64,000 nt of DNA from an uncultured Verrucomicrobiota bacterium (GTDB lineage: Bacteria > Verrucomicrobiota > Verrucomicrobiia > Limisphaerales > SIBE01). This document shows positions 54,121 to 62,017 of this stretch, piece after piece. A program made the position numbers and the translations under genes. The stretch is taken from assembly GCA_964578605.1 (NCBI GenBank), contig CAZODO010000019.1, forward strand, positions 1,908 through 65,907, in the 5' to 3' direction. The first letter of the stretch is position 1; the number at the start of each line of letters is the position of its first letter. The notes below the pieces were generated by a model. That model made no database searches and was not told the origin of the DNA. It saw only the letters and a list, made by a program, of their open reading frames with translations.

Positions 54121-55422
54121 TTAGATGCTCCAGCCGGCGCGGTACTTGTGCTGGATATACTGCGCCGCCTCGGCCGAATTGGGGGCGCGCAATTGGGCGG
54201 GATTCCACTCGAGCTTCTTGCCCACGCGATACGCAACATTGCCCAGCAGGGCAGTCTCCGTTAGCGGCCCGGAGTAATCGAAGTTGCAGGTTGTCTTTCC
54301 GCCTGACTTGCAGGCTTCCGTCCATTCCTTGTGGTGGCCGATGGAGTCCTTGATGAACGGAGCAGGCTTCGTGAAACCGACGAACTTCTCTTCCGGCAGG
54401 AGTTGATGGCGGTTGTAGTCGGAAAGGAGCATGCCCTTCTCGCCCACAAACAGGACCGCGCTCTGCCACCGGCCAATGTAATCAGGCGAAATAATCTCGG
54501 AAAGCAGCGCCGGCTTCTTGCCTCCGTGATACCAAGTCAGGAGGACGGGGGGTTGCTCGCCGCGGGCGGGGAACTCGTAGCGGACAATGAGCCAGGGCGG
54601 AGTGGATTCGGGGTGAACCGGCGGTCCGTCGACCACTTCGGCGCTGAGGGGATACTTCAAATCGAGAGCCCAGAAGGGAAGATCCATGAAATGGCAGCCG
54701 AAATCAGCCAGCGATCCCCCGCCAAACGCCCACCAGTTGCGCCACTTGAACGGGACCCATTCGGGGCTGTAAGGCCGCGGCTCGACCGGCCCGAGCCAGA
54801 GATCGTAATGGATGTGGGCCGGGACAGGCGGCGTTTCCTTGGGCAGTTCCATCCCACCGTAGGACGAGTTCACCCAAACATGCACTTCCTTGACCGGGCC
54901 GACCGCTCCGCGTTGGACCAACTCGACCGTGCGCCGGTAATTGCTGCCGGCATGGATCTGGGTGCCGAGTTGAGTGACCCGGTTCTCCTTGCGGGCTGTC
55001 TCGGTGATGATGCGGGCTTCTGAAATGGTGCGGGCAAGGGGCTTCTCGCAATACACGTGCCGTCCGCTCCGGAGCGCGCCGACAGCCGCGACGGCGTGGC
55101 AATGGTCCGGAGTCGCAACCACGACAGCATCGATACCCTTCTGATCGAGCATCCGGCGAAAATCGTTGTAGGTCTTGGCCTGCGGGAACTTCTCGGACGC
55201 GCCCCTCAGGTGATTATCGTCGATGTCGCAAAGGGCGACGATGTTCTCGTGGGCCACGTTGGTGAGGTCGTAATTCCCCTGATTGGCGACGCCAATGACG
55301 CCGATATTGAGCTTTTCGTTGGGCGAAGCTCCGCGCGTCGCGAATCCGGAGGCCAGGAAGGGGGCCAAACTCGCGACAGTGGTGCGCTGGAGAAACTGAC
55401 GGCGACTAAGAATGCATTTCAT
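54121..55422 (-). CDS. Gfo/Idh/MocA-family oxidoreductase with Tat signal
   Basis: MKCILSRRQFLQRTTVASLAPFLASG is a twin-arginine signal. NIGVIGVANQG is a Rossmann motif. ..VYCEKPLA.. is the family motif. The start is at ATG 55422. The 834-aa track ORF is a high-GC read-through upstream of the real start. Confidence 0.88.
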   Translation of the reverse strand: MKCILSRRQFLQRTTVASLAPFLASGFATRGASPNEKLNIGVIGVANQGNYDLTNVAHENIVALCDIDDNHLRGASEKFPQAKTYNDFRRMLDQKGIDAVVVATPDHCHAVAAVGALRSGRHVYCEKPLARTISEARIITETARKENRVTQLGTQIHAGSNYRRTVELVQRGAVGPVKEVHVWVNSSYGGMELPKETPPVPAHIHYDLWLGPVEPRPYSPEWVPFKWRNWWAFGGGSLADFGCHFMDLPFWALDLKYPLSAEVVDGPPVHPESTPPWLIVRYEFPARGEQPPVLLTWYHGGKKPALLSEIISPDYIGRWQSAVLFVGEKGMLLSDYNRHQLLPEEKFVGFTKPAPFIKDSIGHHKEWTEACKSGGKTTCNFDYSGPLTETALLGNVAYRVGKKLEWNPAQLRAPNSAEAAQYIQHKYRAGWSI

Positions 55423-55493
55423 GGTGCTATTACGAGCGCGGAACGGCACGAAAGCAAATGTTTTTGAGCCGGCGACGCTTCTGTTTTGCCTCT

Positions 55494-55593
55494 CATTCTT
55501 CGGAGCGCCGGCTTGCAGACGGCTTCGCTCTCGCCGCCGCGACGAACGAGCAGAGCCTGAAAGCCGGCTGCAAGCCGGCGCTCCGAACAAAAT
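55494..55593. repeat. ~100-bp GC-rich long imperfect hairpin (REP/MITE-like) in a divergent promoter region
   Basis: Perfect 20-bp inverted repeat: TTCGGAGCGCCGGCTTGCAG (55498-55517) and CTGCAAGCCGGCGCTCCGAA (55567-55586). Further imperfect pairing lies inside. Each arm contains its own mini-hairpin (GCCGGCT-gca-AGCCGGC). Confidence 0.8.
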
Positions 55594-55692
55594 GAGGATT
55601 GCGAGGTGTTTCGGCAAAGTGCTGGCCAGAGCCATGCGGGAAGCGCTATGGTCGGTTGCATCCTCAATTCGCCGCTGCGGGACAATGATTTT

Positions 55693-58647
55693 ATGAGCAA
55701 ATCCATAGGCATCCTGATCGGACTGGTCGTTTTGGCCGCCACCCCCCTGCTCGCCGCAGAGAGCCGGGTTCCAACGGCACTCGTCTCCTTGGAAGGCAGC
55801 GGTTGGGTGGTCGCGGCGGATTCCAGGAACGTGGGCCGGGAGGAGGCCTGGTGGAAAACGCCAGTGGCTGGGGCGAAACCTGTCCGTGTGCCCGGCATCT
55901 TCCAGGAGGCGTTGCCGGGATACCACGGCGTGGCTTGGTACTGGCGCGAGTTCAGTTCTCCGGTGAACCCTTATCAGGGCGGGCGATGCCGCATCCGCTT
56001 CCACGCTGTGGATTACCTGGCGCACGTCTGGTTGAACGATGTCTTGGTGGGCGGACACGAAGGTGCTGAAACCCCGTTTCTCCTCGATATCACTGACGCC
56101 ATGCGCGCCGACGGACCGAATCGATTGGCCGTGCGCGTTCTCAATCCCACGGCGGAGCGGATCGACGGCATGGTCCTCAACGAAGTCCCGCATCGCAATA
56201 AGGCCGCCTCCGGCATTTCGGTCGGCGGCTCTTACAATAGCGGAGGGATCGTTGGACCGGTCGAGGTTTTCTGGACCCCCGCGGTGCGCATCGATGACGT
56301 TTATGTGCGGCCGGATTGGAAGGACGGTTCGGTGCGCGTTCAGACGACGCTTTTCAATACAGGCACAACCTCTGTCCGGGCGAAAACCGAGTTCGTCATT
56401 ACCCCTGCGAGTGGAAATGAGCCGGTGGCGGCATTGACCGTTGACCAGGCGGTCGCGCCCGGCTCGAGTCAGGTGGACTGTGCGCTGCAAGTGCCGCAAC
56501 ACAAGCTCTGGCGCCTGGAGGAACCGTTCCTGTACCGCTTGACCGCTCGCGTGGTGGTGGACGGCAGCCCCGACGCCCACGGGCATGCCACGCGATTTGG
56601 ATTCCGCGAATTGCGTGTCGAGCACGGCTATTTTCAGTTGAACGGAAAGCGCATCTTTTTAAAGAGCTCTCACACGGGCAATCACTGCCCGGTCGGAGCC
56701 ATTCTGCCACCCGATACCGCGCCGGACCTGCTGCGGAAAGACCTCGTTTATATGAAAGCTTGCGGCTTCAACATGGTCCGGTTCATCGCCGGGATGGCTC
56801 ATCCTTATCAGCTCGACCTGTGCGACGAGATTGGGCTCATGGTGTACGAGGAAAACCTGTCCGCCTGGTTGCTGGCCGATTCGCCCAAAATGGCGGAGCG
56901 CTTCGATTCCAGCCTCCGTGAAATGGTGCTGCGCGACCGCAATCATCCGTGCGTGGTGATTTTCGGCCTGGTGAACGAGATGTCCAACGGTCCGATGGTC
57001 AGGCATTCGGTGGCTAGTCTCGGGTTGCTCCGGTCGCTGGATGACTCACGACTCGTCCTGCAGCAAAGCGGACGCTGGGACGGGCAGTTCCACATCGGTT
57101 CGGTCTCCAACCCAGGTTCGACCCGCTGGGAACATGTGTGGGGCGTCGAAAGTCCCGAATACCAGGGCACAGCCCGGAACGGTCCCTGGGGCGGCTATTT
57201 TGAAGGGGCTGGCGATGCCCATATCTACCCCGTCACGCCTCACACGCCCGCGATTGAAGAAGGGATTCGCAACCTGGGCCGCGACACCAAACCCGTGTTT
57301 CTCTCCGAGTACGGTATTGGCAGCCTCATGAACGCCATCCGGGAACGGCGGTTTTATGAACAACACGGCGCCAATCCGGATTGGGACGACTTCAAGTATT
57401 TCAAGCAAACGGAGGAGAAACTCGTAGCCGACTGGCAGCGGTTTGGCATGGACGGTGTCTACGCGTTTCCCGAGGAAATGCTGCGCGCCAGCCAGCGCCT
57501 GCATGTCCGGCAGCGGGAGTTGGGTTTCAGCCTGATCCGATCCAATCCGCGTATCTGCGGCTACAACCTCACGGGTTTGCTCGACCACGGCTACACGGGA
57601 GAAGGGCTTTGGACCTTTTGGCGCGAGTTCAAGCCTGGCATCATGGACATCCTCCAGGAAGGCTGGGCGCCTCTGAGATGGTGCCTGTTTGCATCGCCGA
57701 TTCACGCTTACGTCGGGCGCCCGGTCCGGCTCGAAGTCGTCCTGGCGAACGAAGGCGCCCTCGCGCCTGGAGCGTATCCTGTTTGGCTGCGTGTTCTGGG
57801 ACCCGAAGGGATCGTGTGGGAGAAGAAGACCCAGGTCGTGGTTCCCCAACCGGACGAGGCCGGCGGGCCGCTGGCCATTCCTGTCTTCGTCGAGGATGTC
57901 GTTCTGCCCGGATCTCCAGGCGTCCACACGTTCGCGGCGACGCTCGAACGGGGTGGCGCACCGGCCGCCGGACGTCTCCAATTCCACTTGAGCGCACCGG
58001 CCTTGGCTGAAAAGCGCCTCGCCGTGGGCGCGCTTGGACTGGATGAGCGTCACCGCGCCTGGCTTGAAGCTCGAGGGGTGTCGGTGCAAACCATGGGCGA
58101 GAATGGTCCCAATCTCCGGCAGCCGATCCTTGTGGGAAACGCCATTTCCACGATCACAGCATCGGACCGTGAAGAACTGCAGCGGCGCGTTGCGCAGGGG
58201 AGCACAGCGATCCTGCTGGACCCGAATGTGTTTAGAAAGGGCGACGAGTCCATGGGGTGGTTCCCGCTCGCCAATAAGGGGCAGCTCACTCACTTCTCGG
58301 ATTGGCTCTATCACAAGGAATGCGTGGCCAGGAAGCACGACCTGTTCAAGGGGCTAATGTCGCCCGGAATCATGGATTGGGACTATTACGGGCCTTTGAT
58401 CAGCAACCGGTTCTTTGAAGGGCAGGATACTCCCGACGACGTGGCGGTGGCCGCGTTTGCGATCTGCCATTCCAGCCGCCCCGACGGGTATGCTTCGGGC
58501 TTGATGCTTGGCGCCTGCAAAGTGGGCCAAGGCCGGATCATTCTGAACACGTTGAACATTCTCGATAACCTCGATCAACATCCGGCGGCCGATCGGCTGT
58601 TGCTCAACCTGGTGGCCTATGGATCGGCAAAGGTCACTCTTCAATGA
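55693..58647 (+). CDS. Glycoside hydrolase family 2 protein (beta-galactosidase/beta-mannosidase-like) with long C-terminal region
   Basis: Signal peptide MSKSIGILIGLVVLAATPLLAAES. GH2 sugar-binding block: YHGVAWYWREF..FHAVDYLAHVWLNDVLVGGHEGAETPFLLDIT. TIM-barrel blocks: NMVRFIAGMAHPYQLDLCDEIGLMVYEE and RDRNHPCVVIFGLVNEM. The start is at ATG 55693. Confidence 0.82.
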   Translation: MSKSIGILIGLVVLAATPLLAAESRVPTALVSLEGSGWVVAADSRNVGREEAWWKTPVAGAKPVRVPGIFQEALPGYHGVAWYWREFSSPVNPYQGGRCRIRFHAVDYLAHVWLNDVLVGGHEGAETPFLLDITDAMRADGPNRLAVRVLNPTAERIDGMVLNEVPHRNKAASGISVGGSYNSGGIVGPVEVFWTPAVRIDDVYVRPDWKDGSVRVQTTLFNTGTTSVRAKTEFVITPASGNEPVAALTVDQAVAPGSSQVDCALQVPQHKLWRLEEPFLYRLTARVVVDGSPDAHGHATRFGFRELRVEHGYFQLNGKRIFLKSSHTGNHCPVGAILPPDTAPDLLRKDLVYMKACGFNMVRFIAGMAHPYQLDLCDEIGLMVYEENLSAWLLADSPKMAERFDSSLREMVLRDRNHPCVVIFGLVNEMSNGPMVRHSVASLGLLRSLDDSRLVLQQSGRWDGQFHIGSVSNPGSTRWEHVWGVESPEYQGTARNGPWGGYFEGAGDAHIYPVTPHTPAIEEGIRNLGRDTKPVFLSEYGIGSLMNAIRERRFYEQHGANPDWDDFKYFKQTEEKLVADWQRFGMDGVYAFPEEMLRASQRLHVRQRELGFSLIRSNPRICGYNLTGLLDHGYTGEGLWTFWREFKPGIMDILQEGWAPLRWCLFASPIHAYVGRPVRLEVVLANEGALAPGAYPVWLRVLGPEGIVWEKKTQVVVPQPDEAGGPLAIPVFVEDVVLPGSPGVHTFAATLERGGAPAAGRLQFHLSAPALAEKRLAVGALGLDERHRAWLEARGVSVQTMGENGPNLRQPILVGNAISTITASDREELQRRVAQGSTAILLDPNVFRKGDESMGWFPLANKGQLTHFSDWLYHKECVARKHDLFKGLMSPGIMDWDYYGPLISNRFFEGQDTPDDVAVAAFAICHSSRPDGYASGLMLGACKVGQGRIILNTLNILDNLDQHPAADRLLLNLVAYGSAKVTLQ

Positions 58648-58802
58648 GAAGCTTCTGGCGAGAGGGAGTGACATTCGTGGCGGAGCGACTCGTCCAGGTT
58701 CTGGGACGAGGCCAAGCAGAGGCGATCCAACGGCCCAGGAGTTGTGTGCCGACGGCGAGGGATTGATTCGCCCGCGTCGGCTTCTTTCCGGAGGCCAACG
58801 CG

Positions 58803-59096
58803 CTATTTGCGGGAAGCTTGGAGGTTGCGCTGCCAAGCTCGCTCGGCATAGCGGCGCGCCTCTCGTGCTCCGCGCAAGAGGCAGTCGGAACTGATGTCAC
58901 AGTCCAGAAGAGGCCAATGCACCGAAGAGTGACAAATTTCGAATTGGGCGCGTTCTTCTCGATTCGCCAGCATGAGAGTCGGATAAAAGGCGAGCGGCAC
59001 ACTGACAGATCGGCCGTCCTCCAATTCGAACGTCAGAAGCTCGTCCGTAATCTGCACAGATGCAATATCCGGGGGCGGAGTGCTGTTCCGTTTCAT
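58803..59096 (-). CDS. DUF2442-family small protein
   Basis: 97 aa. ..LTFELEDGRSVSVPLAFYPTL..EERAQFEI..SSVHWPLLDCDISSDCLL matches the DUF2442 pattern (..HWP.LD.D.S...LL). Confidence 0.75.
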   Translation of the reverse strand: MKRNSTPPPDIASVQITDELLTFELEDGRSVSVPLAFYPTLMLANREERAQFEICHSSVHWPLLDCDISSDCLLRGAREARRYAERAWQRNLQASRK

Positions 59097-59313
59097 TCCA
59101 AGCTTCGATCAATTCGATTTCATGTGCCTCGAGGATCAGCACGATCTCGTGCAAATCGGCTCCCCGGAAGCCCTTGTTCCAGGAAAGTTGTACAGGTCCC
59201 AGCCAGAACTTCGCTTCGCACCCGGTCTTGTAAACGTGCACGTGCGGCGGTTCATCAGGCTCGGAACTGTAAAACCCGAGCCGATAGCCCTTGTCACGCA
59301 GCACCGTAGGCAC
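58897..59313 (-). CDS. DUF4160-family small protein with out-of-frame 3' extension over the DUF2442 gene
   Basis: The GTG 59313 start gives (M)PTVLRDKGYRLGFYSSEPDEPPHVHVYKTGCEAKFWLGPVQLSWNKGFRGADLHEIVLILEAHEIELIEAWNE, collinear with DUF4160 (MPT....G.R...Y..E...PPH.HV......AKFW). The frame stays open for another ~64 codons to 58897. The upstream part of the track ORF (to 59571) is not supported. Confidence 0.7.
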   Translation of the reverse strand: MPTVLRDKGYRLGFYSSEPDEPPHVHVYKTGCEAKFWLGPVQLSWNKGFRGADLHEIVLILEAHEIELIEAWNETEQHSAPGYCICADYGRASDVRIGGRPICQCAARLLSDSHAGESRRTRPIRNLSLFGALASSGL

Positions 59314-59543
59314 CCAAGCATCATATCTGCTTGTGCCTCCTCCCAAGACAAGCCGCCTGTTCCGACCCCAGGCGGCGGTGAACGGAGCATGCATTCGAGG
59401 AGCCTCCCGGGTCGGTCCCTGATGCGTCCGAAGTCCTTTTCTGCCGGCAGAGCAACACTCCGGCGCGATTCCGAGGTCACTCGCGGCATGCCGTGGAAGG
59501 ACAAGACGCGCATGCCGGATCCATTTAAGCACCACAGCGGGCC

Positions 59544-59653
59544 GATTACGTCCGCACCACGACGGAACCACGGAGCGATAAGCGCTCCATTACGGAAGCA
59601 CTACGGAGCCACTACGGAGCCACTACGGAGCCACTACGGAGCCACCCCATGGC
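59544..59653. repeat. 11-bp tandem array CACTACGGAGC (4 perfect plus ~6 degenerate phased units)
   Basis: Perfect units lie at 59599, 59610, 59621 and 59632. Phased degenerate units are GATTACGTCCG (59544), CACCACGACGG (59555), AACCACGGAGC (59566), GATAAGCGCTC (59577), CATTACGGAAG (59588) and CACCCCATGGC (59643). Confidence 0.9.
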
Positions 59654-59814
59654 CAGGAGTAGCGGGCTGCGTGTGCCCGAGCCTTTGCCGGCAGATGAGC
59701 GATCAGCTCTCTCCCGCAGCGGCGGGGGGCAAATTGACGATAACCGTGTGCCAGAAGCTTGCGCCTGGGTTCTGCGGCCGGATACTGTCCCGGCGTGATG
59801 GCAGCCCATCCCAA

Positions 59815-60696
59815 ATGAACGAAATGGAGGGGATGAATCGACGGAATTCACGGCGGCTCTGCAGTGGCCTGGCTGTCGCCTTGGCCTTCGCTCTCCTTCC
59901 GGAATGCCAAGGGCGGGCGCAGACACTTTATGACGGCTCGCTCGGCACGCTTCCGGAGGCGCAAGGCTGGACCTTCGGGGCCGTGGGAATGTTCAGCATC
60001 GAGGCCACCAACAACTTGGCGGTGCTGGACACGTCGCTTGCGCCATCCACCCAAGCCGGATGCACCCAAGTGATGGCTCCGGGTCTGGATCGCGCCCAGG
60101 GGTTTACCCTCTTGTTCACCGCTCAAGTCGATGCCGAGAGCCACAACAACACCCATCGAGCGGGCTTTTCCGTCATCTTATTGGCCGGCGACAAGCAGGG
60201 CATTGAACTGGGATTCTGGACCGATACCATTTTCGCCCAATCGGATGTCCCCTTGTTCACGCATGGCGAAGACGCTTCGTTCCCGGTCGCCGACAGCTTA
60301 ACGGCCTACGCGCTGAGTGTCATCGGGACGAACTACGTCCTGCGGGCCAATGGCGTGCCGCTCCTGTCCGGACCGGTCCGTGATTACACGGCGTTTGGCG
60401 GATTGATCAGCCCGTACCGAATCCCGAATTTCTTGTTCCTGGGCGACAACACCCGGTCGGCCAGCGCAAGGGTCCGGATCGGTCGAATCGCACTGATCCG
60501 GCCGGTCTTCCTCAGCTGTCGCAGTCCGGGAGTGATCTCCTGGATGGGAGTGGCCAAGGAATCTTATACCGTCCAGGCGAGTTTGAATCTGACCGTCTGG
60601 ACGAACCTCGCCACGGTGACGTCCCTTGAGGACACGTTCTCGTTTACCAATAACATCCCACCGTCGATTGAGTTCCTCCGAGTCGTTTACCCTTAG
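59815..60696 (+). CDS. Hypothetical secreted protein
   Basis: The signal peptide MNRRNSRRLCSGLAVALAFALLPECQGRAQ follows in-frame ATGs at 59815, 59824 and 59833. The body is beta-rich (..GFSVILLAGDKQGIELGFWTD..) with no family recognised. The first 245 codons of the track ORF (59080-) are antisense to DUF4160 or noncoding. Confidence 0.6.
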   Translation: MNEMEGMNRRNSRRLCSGLAVALAFALLPECQGRAQTLYDGSLGTLPEAQGWTFGAVGMFSIEATNNLAVLDTSLAPSTQAGCTQVMAPGLDRAQGFTLLFTAQVDAESHNNTHRAGFSVILLAGDKQGIELGFWTDTIFAQSDVPLFTHGEDASFPVADSLTAYALSVIGTNYVLRANGVPLLSGPVRDYTAFGGLISPYRIPNFLFLGDNTRSASARVRIGRIALIRPVFLSCRSPGVISWMGVAKESYTVQASLNLTVWTNLATVTSLEDTFSFTNNIPPSIEFLRVVYP

Positions 60697-60720
60697 CCGT
60701 GAGCTTCCGCCTGCTTGGCG

Positions 60721-61980
60721 TCAGTGGTCGGTGAGCAGTGCGTGGGCGCGCTGGGCGAGTTGTTCAAGCGCGCCGCGCTGGGGGCGGGGCACGTTATAGA
60801 AGAGCATCGACCAGTTCACTTCGTAGCCCCCTTCTTCATAGGCTTCCGCTGTCGGGAGATAACCGATCATGCCGTTGGCACAATTGACGGTGTAAACCTG
60901 TCCGGTGCTGCCGCGCCCTGCCAGTTCCGTGAAGCGTGAGAAGACTTCGGCATTCGCTGTCACAACCGCCGCCTGCCCGAACTTGATCACAGTCAGTTCT
61001 GCACGGGTGCAAGATGGCTCCTTCCGACGCAATCGATCGTTCATGGAGATGCGCCACCCTTCAACCGCTTGCCGGAACTTGTCGGGGAACTCGCGCGAGC
61101 CGGCTGTATCCGCGAGGCAGGCGTCAGCGTAGCGGTGGACGTCGGCAGCGTCCCACGGTTCCAAAGGCAGGTTGACTTGAGTGCTCAGAACGCGCAGGGC
61201 GGGTGTCTCTTGCGGATGCGGGTCCCGGGCGGCTTCGAGGAGTTTCGACGCGGCGCCGCTGCCGATTTCGCGGCCCCAGTCGCGCATTTGGGCGGGTGTC
61301 ACTCCCACTCCGGGCGGGTTGATATCGCCGCAGGCGCTGCTGGAAACGAGCGTGACCGGCCGGCCGGGCAAGGCTTCGGACAGGGCTTCGGCGGCGACAC
61401 CCGGCCAATCGGCGCTGATTAAACTGCTGCGAAGACAGACCGGGTGCATCGCGTAGCTCAAAAACGCGGCCTTGAATGTGCCATCGCGACGCTGCCAGCC
61501 AAAGACCCCCACACGAGAATCGACATGGGGCGACTTCGTTCCCCGGCGATCCGAGCCCAGTCGGCAGGTGCTCTGGCCCCTTCGAAGCACGCACGGTTCG
61601 GTTTGCCGCTGGGCCGCGCAGGCAGCTTCATGGAATTGGGTTTCAAGCCACGCAACGTATTTTGGCTGAACCTGGCCACAACCGGTAAGCTGGATCGCTG
61701 CCGGCGCACTGTGCGTGTGGGTCGTGGAAAGGACGACGCACGCCCGAGGAATTCGCAGGTTGGTTTCCACCCAAACCCGCCAACGATCTGCGAGAGCCTG
61801 GTCTAAGGCGAGCAGGTCCGCATGCAACCAGAGCAAGCGTTCCTGGCCGTCTTCGAGATAGAGCGCGCGAAGCCAGAGCGGATCCAGAATGCGGGTGGAG
61901 GGCTGCGGCCGTATCGCAAACCCTGCCAGCTCAATGCCCGGCTCGGGGGTGATATTCAGTTGCGCGGTCCCCACCTTCAT
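60721..61980 (-). CDS. Neutral/alkaline ceramidase N-terminal-domain-like hydrolase (function uncertain)
   Basis: MKVGTAQLNITPEPGIELAGFA..RALYLEDG..LWLHADLLAL..VLSTTHTHSAPA resembles the N-terminal block of the ceramidase_alk-like family (..diTP..G....R...l.....D......shTHsgP). The start is at ATG 61980. Confidence 0.5.
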   Translation of the reverse strand: MKVGTAQLNITPEPGIELAGFAIRPQPSTRILDPLWLRALYLEDGQERLLWLHADLLALDQALADRWRVWVETNLRIPRACVVLSTTHTHSAPAAIQLTGCGQVQPKYVAWLETQFHEAACAAQRQTEPCVLRRGQSTCRLGSDRRGTKSPHVDSRVGVFGWQRRDGTFKAAFLSYAMHPVCLRSSLISADWPGVAAEALSEALPGRPVTLVSSSACGDINPPGVGVTPAQMRDWGREIGSGAASKLLEAARDPHPQETPALRVLSTQVNLPLEPWDAADVHRYADACLADTAGSREFPDKFRQAVEGWRISMNDRLRRKEPSCTRAELTVIKFGQAAVVTANAEVFSRFTELAGRGSTGQVYTVNCANGMIGYLPTAEAYEEGGYEVNWSMLFYNVPRPQRGALEQLAQRAHALLTDH

Positions 61981-62017
61981 AGAAGCGCAGGCGGCTGCTC
62001 GCGGTGCGGAGTCCCCT

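Noticed and set aside
55423-56625. Upstream 401 codons of the 834-aa track ORF (54121-56625)
   Set aside because: The Tat signal and Rossmann motif start at ATG 55422. The upstream part runs through an intergenic hairpin element and antisense to the GH2 gene.
59314-59571. Upstream 86 codons of the 224-aa track ORF containing DUF4160
   Set aside because: The family N-terminus (MPTVLR...) coincides with GTG 59313. The upstream residues are Arg/Gly-rich with no family similarity.
59080-59814. First ~245 codons of the 538-aa track ORF (59080-60696)
   Set aside because: This part is antisense to the DUF4160 gene and then crosses the 11-bp repeat array. A clear signal peptide begins only at ATG 59815-59833.
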